A stretch of DNA of 64,000 bases from Leptospirales bacterium (GTDB lineage: Bacteria; Spirochaetota; Leptospiria; Leptospirales; Leptonemataceae). The DNA is taken from assembly GCA_019694655.1 (NCBI GenBank), contig JAIBBN010000004.1, forward strand, positions 146,348 through 210,347, read 5' to 3'. Position numbers and translations under genes: made by a program. This document shows, piece by piece, positions 9,358-16,405 of this stretch (position 1 is the first letter of the stretch; each line of letters begins with the position of its first letter). The notes beneath the pieces were generated by a model that worked only from the letters and a program-made list of their open reading frames with translations, was not told where the DNA came from and did no database searches.

Positions 9358-10314
9358 ATGGATCAAGAATTACCAGAGGCAGCACAGAGCGCGGAGGTGG
9401 AAGAAATCCTCAGCGAATCCGTCGCCAGCGTTCCAGCTCCCCGTCCGGCCCGGAAGAGCCGCAGCAGCCGTCGTCGCGAGGGCGGCGACTCCGGCGAGTC
9501 GATTCTGAATTGGTACCTGAATGAAATCCATAAGATTCCGATGCTCAGCCGCGAGCAAGAGCTTGATGTAGCGCGTCGCGCCCGCGACGGCGAGCAAAGC
9601 GCTCGCGATCTTCTGGTGCGGTCCAATCTGCGCTTCGTCGTAACCGTCGCCCGTCGTTACCAGTCCTCCGGATTGACCATGATGGACTTGATCAATGAAG
9701 GCAATCTGGGATTGATCAAGGCTGCGGAAAAATTCAATCCAGATCGCGGCTTCCACTTCATTTCCTACGCCGTATGGTGGATCAAGCAATCGATTCTCTT
9801 TGCCATCCAGCAGAAGGCGCATCTGATCCGGCTGCCGCTGAATCGCACTGCTGAACTGCGTCGTCTGGAAGAAGCCGAGCGCTGGATCGAAAACCAGGAT
9901 AATATGGAGAGCAATCTGCACTCTCTGGCCCAGGTGCTCGATATGCGTCCCGAGGAACTCAGCCACCTTTTGACGATGAGTCGGGATCACCTCAGTCTGG
10001 ACGCACCGATGGCCGATGGCGAGGACTTCTCGCTGGGCGACAATATCGAAGACCGATCGATCGTCTATCCTGACCGGAAAATAGAGCAGGAGCAACTGAA
10101 ACGCGATATTGCTGATTGTCTGGAAGGGCTTACGGTCCGCGAAAAGCGGGTGCTTTCGCTCCGTTTCGGGCTCAATGGCAGCCCGGTACTGTCGCTGCAG
10201 AAGATCGGCAGCAAGATTGGGCTTTCCAAAGAGCGAATTCGGCAGATTGAGAAAAAGGCCATCCGCAAAATTCGAACCGGAAAGTGCGGACAGGATCTGA
10301 TCGCCTACCTTTGA
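9358..10314 (+). CDS. RNA polymerase sigma factor, sigma-70 (RpoD/RpoS-like, non-primary length)
   Basis: 318 aa. Region 2 'RFVVTVARRY...DLINEGNLGLIKAAEKFNPDRGFHFISYAVWWIKQSI' and the region 4.2 HTH 'LSLQKIGSKIGLSKERIRQIEKKAIRKIR' are present. A GAGGAGGG Shine-Dalgarno sequence lies upstream. Confidence 0.9.
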   Translation: MDQELPEAAQSAEVEEILSESVASVPAPRPARKSRSSRRREGGDSGESILNWYLNEIHKIPMLSREQELDVARRARDGEQSARDLLVRSNLRFVVTVARRYQSSGLTMMDLINEGNLGLIKAAEKFNPDRGFHFISYAVWWIKQSILFAIQQKAHLIRLPLNRTAELRRLEEAERWIENQDNMESNLHSLAQVLDMRPEELSHLLTMSRDHLSLDAPMADGEDFSLGDNIEDRSIVYPDRKIEQEQLKRDIADCLEGLTVREKRVLSLRFGLNGSPVLSLQKIGSKIGLSKERIRQIEKKAIRKIRTGKCGQDLIAYL

Positions 10315-10327
10315 TTTCTGAGGCAGC

Positions 10328-10356
10328 GGCCGGGCCTGCGCCCGGCCCCTTTTTTT
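10328..10356 (+). terminator. Rho-independent terminator of the sigma-factor gene
   Basis: GGCCGGGC-CTGC-GCCCGGCC followed by CC and T7, 14 nt after the stop codon. Confidence 0.75.
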
Positions 10357-10413
10357 GAGCCCAGCCGGGCGCACGAATCGTTGCCAGCGACGCGGGAGCA
10401 TTGCAACTGGCGT

Positions 10414-11502
10414 ATGCTTCGCATTCTGGCATTGACCTGGCTCTGCTCCGCAGCCTTGTTTGCGCTGATTCCGCGGAGCATCGTCGAATCGGCGCGCATC
10501 GCAAGTATCTGGCGCTTTCATCTTGATAGCGGCGATGCTTCGACGCCGCCGCGCTCGCTGGGCTCTCCGCCCTTCAACCTGGTTCGTTATCAAGAGGAGG
10601 AGGGATTCAGCCTGCGCGGGCCAGGCGTTGTGCCGCAACCATTGCAGCGCAGCGATCAGGCAACAGCTCCCTTCCTGGGTCGCGGTTTCTTTCTATACTC
10701 CCAGATCGGGCGCCAGATTGCTTTTTTCAGCCGCGAAGGCGAAGAACTCTGGCGAAAGCCCTTTTTCTCTTATCCGGTCAGCGACGAAAGCGGACAGTGT
10801 GTGCTGTTACTGGCCGGCGATGGCAATGTGGTGGAGCAAATTGACGCCAGCGGCAATTCCATCGGTCATCCGCTACAGGCCAATCTCATCGCCGACTATG
10901 CCTTTGCGGCGCGCAGGCCGATTGCAGCTGTGGCCTTTCTCAACGGTCGATCGATTGTCGTGAATCAAAAAGCTGAGCGCCTGGGAGATATTCAGCCTGA
11001 CGCCGACGAACCGATGGCCTTCAAGAGCGTGGCTCTTTCCAGCGACGGCCATTTGCTGGCCTTACATGCACGACGAGATCAAGAAGAACTGCTGCAAGTA
11101 TATCGTTTAGCGGAGGGCGAAGCGGAACTGCTGGATGAGTTTTCATTACCGCGCGAGTATGCGCATCCGATTTCCCTTGCCGTTTGGTCGGGGGGCGTGC
11201 TGGCAGTAGCCCCGGACGAAGCCTACTATTTTCCGCTGCAAAGCGGCGGGCAGTATTCGGCGCCGCTTGGTCCGCTCTCCCCGGCCTCTGGCATCTATCG
11301 CCCGGCCTACGCTGAAGACAGCTTCGCGGCCTATGGCGCCGGAACAACGCTAAGCGTTCTGTCCGCCGACGGCCGAAATCTGGCCGCGCTGGAGCTGCAA
11401 AATACGGAGGGCCATTGGCGCATCGTCGCCGCCCTGGCCCCGGATACCTTCGCCGTGCAATCGGCGAAAACCGTTGAGTTCTTTCATTTCTCTTCTTTTT
11501 GA
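10414..11502 (+). CDS. hypothetical secreted protein (possible beta-propeller-like)
   Basis: An internal ATG gives MLRILALTWLCSAALFALIP (signal or anchor). The composition is protein-like throughout. The 3' end overlaps the convergent response-regulator gene by 19 nt. Confidence 0.55.
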   Translation: MLRILALTWLCSAALFALIPRSIVESARIASIWRFHLDSGDASTPPRSLGSPPFNLVRYQEEEGFSLRGPGVVPQPLQRSDQATAPFLGRGFFLYSQIGRQIAFFSREGEELWRKPFFSYPVSDESGQCVLLLAGDGNVVEQIDASGNSIGHPLQANLIADYAFAARRPIAAVAFLNGRSIVVNQKAERLGDIQPDADEPMAFKSVALSSDGHLLALHARRDQEELLQVYRLAEGEAELLDEFSLPREYAHPISLAVWSGGVLAVAPDEAYYFPLQSGGQYSAPLGPLSPASGIYRPAYAEDSFAAYGAGTTLSVLSADGRNLAALELQNTEGHWRIVAALAPDTFAVQSAKTVEFFHFSSF

Positions 11503-12479
11503 AAGATGGAGATGGCGCGCGTCCGAATGCTGGCATCCACGGGGAAAAAGCCCAGAATCTCGGTGCGGCGACCGGGTTCGATGTTGAACACCAGATGATC
11601 GGCATTCTCGCGACTGATGTAGAGTCCGCGTCCATGGGCGTCGGTCAGCCCGACAGGCAGGCCGCTTTCTGAATCCAGAGTGGTATGTCGTTCCAGTCGT
11701 GAAAGAATTGCTTCGCGATCCAGCGAACCCTTATAGTCCGTGACGCCGACAACCGCGTTGCGCCCCAGCATTCCAAAGCAAATGTCAAAGGCATCCTCGC
11801 TGCGCATTGGATAGTTCTCTGGCGTCATAGCCGGATCGGGCCCGGGCCGATCGCCGCCTGGGGCATGGATCATAGCATTGGCTGCCAGCTCCTCCAGCAC
11901 CATGCGCACGACCGACGGTGCGCCCGATGCGGTCAGCAAATCGCCCGCCTTGTCGCACACCGAATTGCTTTCGCCCGCGCTGCTCACGCGGCAGATGTAA
12001 AAGACATCGTGCGCAAGGCCCTCTTCTGGAAGTTTACGGTGCATTCGATGAACATCGGCCAGCTGCGCTGTTTCGCTGCGCGCCTTTGGGAAGTACTGTT
12101 GCACTCCAAAAATTTCGTCGCCAAGCAACTTGTGCGCCATGGTGCGGATGTGATTCAAATCCAGTGCAGTGCTCTTTGGAATGATATTCCAGACTCGCTC
12201 TACCCGCGCAAAGCGGATGTAGTCATCCGGATTGTAGGCTGTCATCAGCGCAAACTTCATGTGCGGATACTCCGCAGAGAGACGTTTGATCAAAGCGAGG
12301 CCGCCCATGCCGGGCATACGAATATCGGTGATGACCAGGTCGACTTGCTTGCCGCTGCAAGCTTCCAGAGCGGCATAGCCGTCGGCCGCCTCCAGCGCGG
12401 AAAACTCGGCGCTCAAAAACTCGGCGATTGCAAATCGAATCGACTCGATGTCGTCTACGACCAAAACCGTCTTCTTCAT
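11484..12479 (-). CDS. response regulator receiver fused to an RsbW/SpoIIAB-like (HATPase_c_2) serine-kinase-type domain
   Basis: N-terminal REC domain: 'VLVVDDIESIR...DLVITDIRMPGMGGLALIKRL'. The C-terminus 'VVRMVLEELAANAMIHA ... VTDYKGSL ... GRGLYISR' resembles anti-sigma-factor kinase N/G boxes. The start overlaps the upstream HK stop by 4 nt. Confidence 0.85.
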   Translation of the reverse strand: MKKTVLVVDDIESIRFAIAEFLSAEFSALEAADGYAALEACSGKQVDLVITDIRMPGMGGLALIKRLSAEYPHMKFALMTAYNPDDYIRFARVERVWNIIPKSTALDLNHIRTMAHKLLGDEIFGVQQYFPKARSETAQLADVHRMHRKLPEEGLAHDVFYICRVSSAGESNSVCDKAGDLLTASGAPSVVRMVLEELAANAMIHAPGGDRPGPDPAMTPENYPMRSEDAFDICFGMLGRNAVVGVTDYKGSLDREAILSRLERHTTLDSESGLPVGLTDAHGRGLYISRENADHLVFNIEPGRRTEILGFFPVDASIRTRAISIFQKEEK

Positions 12480-13579
12480 GGCGGCTGTCCGGCGCTGTGT
12501 TGCATTGGCAGTGAAATATAAAAGCGCGTTTGACCGCTTTGAGACCGGGCGTGGATGCGACCGCTATGCTCGCGCACAATGCTGTGGCAGATAGTCAAGC
12601 CCAGTCCGCTGCCACGTCCATCGCGCGAGTTCGAAAAAAATGGCTTAAAGATGTGCTTGAGTTGATCAGCGGGGATGCCGCCGGCATTGTCCTGGATTAT
12701 CAGTTGCACGCTGCGGCGCGTCTGGCGGACGGCAGTACGAATGTAGCCGGGCGCATAGTCCATGGCCTGCAGCGAATTGCGGTAAAGATTGATCAACAGC
12801 CGTTCGATTTTCTCAGGATCAAATGGAAAGGCGACGCCTTCGCCCTCGTTTTGCCATTCCGTCTGTCGGGAGAGCACTGGATAGAGGCGGCGGGTCTTGG
12901 CCTGCGCCTGCTCCACGGCCTCGCGAATATCCGCCACCGCCAGTCGCAAGTTGCCGGGCCTGCTGAAGCTCAGAATATCGGATACGATACGCGCCGCTTG
13001 CTGCAGGTCCTTTCTAAGTATAGAAAGACGCTTGGCAATTTCGTCAGGCGCCATTGCCGCCAGGTTGGCCGCCAGATTCTGCAAATTGAGGCCCATGCCG
13101 GTCAGCGGATTGTTCAGCTCGTGAGCGATCCCGCTGATCATAATGCCCAGTGAGGCGAGGTTCTCTTTGCGCAGGGTCTCCTCCTGACTTTGTTGCTGGG
13201 CAGTGATGTCCTCAACTGCCTCCATGAGACCTTCGCTGTCCGCTCGCGGCGAGAACAGCAGTCGCAGCGATTTCTCTTCGCGCCGCGTATTGCGCCAGGA
13301 TATTAGCTTTTCCAGAACTCGTTCGCCCAGCTGCTTGCGCTCGGTTTCCTGCAGCAGCGGACAGTAAGGGCACACCTGTGTCCGTCCGTACAGTGCATGG
13401 TAACAGCGCTCTGTATTGCCGGCGCCATTGGGCTGCAAGCGTTCGCGGCCGGCGCGGTTGATGGCCTGCAGTCGGTAGCTGGCGTCAATCGCATACAGGG
13501 CGAGGGGCGCGTCTTCAAAAAGCGCTGTGGCGCCGCCGGCTATGCCGGGTCCGACCTCTGACCAGGGGCCTGGCTCCAT
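12476..13579 (-). CDS. cytoplasmic PAS-domain sensor histidine kinase
   Basis: 367 aa with no TM segment. H-box 'SGIAHELNNPLTG', N-box 'LINLYRNSLQAM', G1 'QDNAGGIP' and G2 'GSGLGLTICHSI' are present. The PAS-like N-terminus carries C-x10-C-x2-C ('CYHALYGRTQVCPYC'). Confidence 0.9.
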   Translation of the reverse strand: MEPGPWSEVGPGIAGGATALFEDAPLALYAIDASYRLQAINRAGRERLQPNGAGNTERCYHALYGRTQVCPYCPLLQETERKQLGERVLEKLISWRNTRREEKSLRLLFSPRADSEGLMEAVEDITAQQQSQEETLRKENLASLGIMISGIAHELNNPLTGMGLNLQNLAANLAAMAPDEIAKRLSILRKDLQQAARIVSDILSFSRPGNLRLAVADIREAVEQAQAKTRRLYPVLSRQTEWQNEGEGVAFPFDPEKIERLLINLYRNSLQAMDYAPGYIRTAVRQTRRSVQLIIQDNAGGIPADQLKHIFKPFFSNSRDGRGSGLGLTICHSIVREHSGRIHARSQSGQTRFYISLPMQHSAGQPP

Positions 13580-13615
13580 GTTTGCAATGCGGAGCTGGCG
13601 TCAAAGGCCGGCAAT

Positions 13616-13641
13616 AAAAAAGCCGCCCCCGGAAGGGCGGC
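13616..13641 (-). terminator. Rho-independent terminator downstream of the 304-aa gene
   Basis: On the minus strand: GCCGCCC-TTCCGG-GGGCGGC followed by TTTTTTATT. It lies 29 nt after the stop at 13670. Confidence 0.7.
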
Positions 13642-13669
13642 CGCAGCAAAACCAAGTTAGGCGAGTGAC

Positions 13670-14584
13670 TCAGTAGTCCATGCTGTGTTCGAGACGCTGC
13701 AGGACCTCATCATTGTAATCGTTATCATCTTTGCTGGCGTAGTTTGCCACCATAGAATACAAACGATAAAAGTGATCGAGCATGCGCGAATAGTAGCGCT
13801 GCTTGAAAATCATTCGGTGCGGGTTGGTCGTTGTGTTGGACATCATGCCGAGCACGGTGATATTCGTGGGCTTCATGTTGTAGCGATCCAGAATGATCAC
13901 GTCATCCATCTTTTCGTCCTGGGGACTGGGATCGATGATCAACTGAACATTGCGCACGCCCTGGCGGAAGTTGTCTTCCACGATCCGTGAGACGACCAGC
14001 GAGAGGTTGAATTGTTGCTCGGCGTCGGGCTGCTGATTGGTTTGCGTAAAGAAAAGCGTCAGCGACTTGCGCCGCGAACCAATTGCCCGCCGCTGGTCCG
14101 GATCGTTAGCGTAGATGAAGTCGAACTGAGTCAGTTCAATGCCATCGCGGGTCTGAAACTGGATGTCCGTTGCGCCTGTGACCCCGGCGCTCTTTGCCGC
14201 CTGGACCTTGTTCGCAATAGCGCCCCGAATCTGATCCACGGCGCCAAAAGAGTTCAATAGAAATTGAGGCTCTTCCTTTACGTAGCGAATGTAGGTGTTT
14301 CTGGGGGTGTACTTGATAAAACGAAAGGTGTACTCAAAGTTCAGCGGGTCCTGGGCTTCTTGAAAGCCGGTGGCGCGGTCCGCCTGCGCCATCTGTACCA
14401 GCCAGCCGACAGTTGCCAGTCGCTTGTAAGCTTCAAAAATGTTCTTCTGGTGCTGGTTTTCTGTCGCTTGCAGATCGGGGTAGTCAGCCGCTTCCTGCGT
14501 CCGGTTCACGGTGCGCGGTTGGGCGCTCAAAGAACCAATCAAAAGCGCGATCAGGCCAGCTGTTATCAGCGCGATGCGTTTCAT
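13670..14584 (-). CDS. secreted hypothetical protein (monocistronic, lower-GC gene)
   Basis: 304 aa. Sec signal MKRIALITAGLIALLIGSLSA-Q. The gene is flanked on both sides by intrinsic terminators and is visibly more AT-rich than its neighbours. No family recognised. Confidence 0.7.
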   Translation of the reverse strand: MKRIALITAGLIALLIGSLSAQPRTVNRTQEAADYPDLQATENQHQKNIFEAYKRLATVGWLVQMAQADRATGFQEAQDPLNFEYTFRFIKYTPRNTYIRYVKEEPQFLLNSFGAVDQIRGAIANKVQAAKSAGVTGATDIQFQTRDGIELTQFDFIYANDPDQRRAIGSRRKSLTLFFTQTNQQPDAEQQFNLSLVVSRIVEDNFRQGVRNVQLIIDPSPQDEKMDDVIILDRYNMKPTNITVLGMMSNTTTNPHRMIFKQRYYSRMLDHFYRLYSMVANYASKDDNDYNDEVLQRLEHSMDY

Positions 14585-14694
14585 AGTGTCCGCCGTCCTT
14601 GGTTACATTCCAGAGCAGGGCGCGGCGCCGCCACGTCCTGGTATGGATCTCTATCATTATTGGCTGGAAGGCTGCTCGAAATTAAGGGCGCCCC

Positions 14695-14723
14695 AAAAAA
14701 AAGCGGGCCGAGCCCGCTCTTTT
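14695..14723. terminator. bidirectional-looking Rho-independent terminator downstream of secG
   Basis: A8-AGCGGGC-CGA-GCCCGCT-CTTTT. On the minus strand the hairpin is followed by T8, 21 nt after the secG stop. Confidence 0.7.
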
Positions 14724-14738
14724 GACGAAGATTCGCCG

Positions 14739-15098
14739 CTAGGGGTTGAGCGGCGCTGCCGGCGGATTGGATGGAATGCTGCCGCCGCCCGGCGAATTCG
14801 CTGCCGGTGCGCCAGGAACCTGGCCAGGAATCTGGGCGCCTGGCTGCTGATTCAGACGGGGGCCAGTGTCGGCGAAGACAATGGCAGCCAGTATGGCCAG
14901 AGCAAAGAACAGACCGCCGGCCCACCACGTTGCCTTGGTCACGACGTCGACCGTGCTCGATCCGAAGGGTGTATTGGAACCGCCCCCGCCAAAAATAGCG
15001 ACGCTTCCGCCGCGACCGGATTGAATCAGAATGAACAGTAACAGCGCCGCACAGCAAATGAGAAAGAGTACAACAACAATGGTCTGCCAGATTTCCAT
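14739..15098 (-). CDS. secG: preprotein translocase subunit SecG
   Basis: An internal ATG gives MEIWQTIVVVLFLICCAALLLFILIQSGRGGSVAIFGGGGSNTPFGSS, the canonical SecG TM1 plus Gly-rich loop. A Pro/Gly-rich tail follows. Confidence 0.85.
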   Translation of the reverse strand: MEIWQTIVVVLFLICCAALLLFILIQSGRGGSVAIFGGGGSNTPFGSSTVDVVTKATWWAGGLFFALAILAAIVFADTGPRLNQQPGAQIPGQVPGAPAANSPGGGSIPSNPPAAPLNP

Positions 15099-15159
15099 CC
15101 GGGCCAGCTTCGGCCTGGATGGCGACGCGGCAAGCAGGAAAGATTGCTGGAGCAGCAGG

Positions 15160-16338
15160 TCACTCCGCGTCGTCTTCGGCGGCCGGAGCAAGGGCCGCCA
15201 ACCCGGGCAGCGTCACTCCACTTAGAAAGTCCAGCACCGTGTCGCTATCCAGCGAAACCAGGTCGACGGACCGGTCGAGCTTCCAGGCGCTCATCGATGC
15301 GGCGGTCAGTGCGCCGACGGCGACGCGCAGACCCCTGGCCTTGGCCATAGCCTGGCCGATCGCCCGGGTTCCCTTTTGAAAGGGCTCCAGTTCTACGGCG
15401 CCCAGCGGCCCGATCCAGAGCGTAGCGCCCGCTGACTTAATCGACTTCTCCATGCGGCTTGCCGTCTTCGGTCCAATGTCCAGCGCCATCCAGCGGTCCG
15501 GGATCTGGTTGGCCGCGCAAACTTTGGTCCTGGCGTCCCGCGCAAATCGATCAGCAACGACAAAATCCTGGGGCAAAAAGAACTCAGTGTCCGCCAGTTC
15601 CGACTTCTCGATGAGCTGAAATGCCCCGACCTCCAGATCGCGTTCGACAAAGCTCGCGCCCACCGGCAAGGCGCGCGATTTTAGAAACGTTGCAGCTATG
15701 CCGCCGCCGACGTGAACCTCGTCAGCCTTCTCCATGATCCTGGCCAGCATCTTGATTTTCCGTTCGAGACGCATCCCGCCCACAATGATAACCAGCGGCT
15801 TACGATCGCGGGATAGTAGAGCGCCCAGTGTGCTGTACTCTTGATAGAGCGCGGGGCCCGCGAAACGTGGAAGCAGTCGCGGAAGTGCAGTGATCGACGC
15901 CAGTTTCTTGCGGCAAACGCCGAAGGCATCATTCACATAAAGATCGCCGAGCTCTGCCAGTTGTCGTGCAAAGGCGGCGTCGCATTTTGCTTCGCCCGAA
16001 TGGATAAGCAAGTTTTCCAGCAGTACGACTTCGCCAGGCCTGGCCTGCGCGCTGCTCAATGGCGCATAGCGGACCGGCCGTCCCAGTATCTGCGTTAGAC
16101 TTTCCGCTGCCGGCGCCAGCGAGATCGATCCGCTATTGGGGTCTTCAACCTTCCCGGCGTGAGCCAGAATGATTGGCGCCGCGCCGCGCGCCAGCAGCAA
16201 CTCCACCGCTCCGCGCAGCGCTTGCAACGGCGCCTCGGATACGATTCGCCCCGAGGAGTCGATGGCCGATTCGAGATCAGCGCGTAGCAGGACGCGCTGA
16301 TCGGCAACATTGGCATTTTCCAATCTGGCGAAGACCAT
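15160..16338 (-). CDS. pgk: phosphoglycerate kinase family protein, highly divergent (several catalytic and substrate-binding motifs substituted)
   Basis: Collinear with PGK: 'QRVLLRADL', 'VVLLENL', 'YVNDAFG', 'VIIVGG', 'VGGGIAATF', 'LDIGPKT', 'LWIGPLGAVE'. The ATG at 16338 aligns with the PGK N-terminus; the ORF-track start at 16377 is a TTG. See findings for the motif losses. Confidence 0.8.
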   Translation of the reverse strand: MVFARLENANVADQRVLLRADLESAIDSSGRIVSEAPLQALRGAVELLLARGAAPIILAHAGKVEDPNSGSISLAPAAESLTQILGRPVRYAPLSSAQARPGEVVLLENLLIHSGEAKCDAAFARQLAELGDLYVNDAFGVCRKKLASITALPRLLPRFAGPALYQEYSTLGALLSRDRKPLVIIVGGMRLERKIKMLARIMEKADEVHVGGGIAATFLKSRALPVGASFVERDLEVGAFQLIEKSELADTEFFLPQDFVVADRFARDARTKVCAANQIPDRWMALDIGPKTASRMEKSIKSAGATLWIGPLGAVELEPFQKGTRAIGQAMAKARGLRVAVGALTAASMSAWKLDRSVDLVSLDSDTVLDFLSGVTLPGLAALAPAAEDDAE

Positions 16339-16405
16339 AGGCAAAGTCAGGGCGCTCCGACCGGCGCTTTCCGGCAAATGCTTTTTAGCATCCTGCCTGG
16401 TGCGA

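Noticed and set aside
9370-10638. 422-aa minus-strand ORF spanning the sigma-factor gene and its terminator
   Set aside because: It is antisense to a gene with unmistakable sigma-70 motifs. Its translation is Arg/Ala/Gln/Pro-rich with no motif and it crosses an intrinsic terminator. This is a typical shadow ORF of GC-rich DNA.
13670-14584. The lower-GC 304-aa gene as a horizontally transferred island
   Set aside because: It is a single gene with no flanking tRNA, direct repeats or mobility genes. Expression-linked codon bias explains the composition equally well. It is kept as a low-interest finding rather than called a mobile element.
16339-16377. The ORF-track start (16377) for the pgk-like gene, and the long upstream extensions of many ORFs (for example 34402, 22923, 41850, 40382-41107, 15191)
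   Set aside because: The first codons are TTG/GTG or encode Arg/Pro-rich non-conserved leaders that overlap upstream genes. Internal ATGs coincide with conserved family N-termini or signal peptides.
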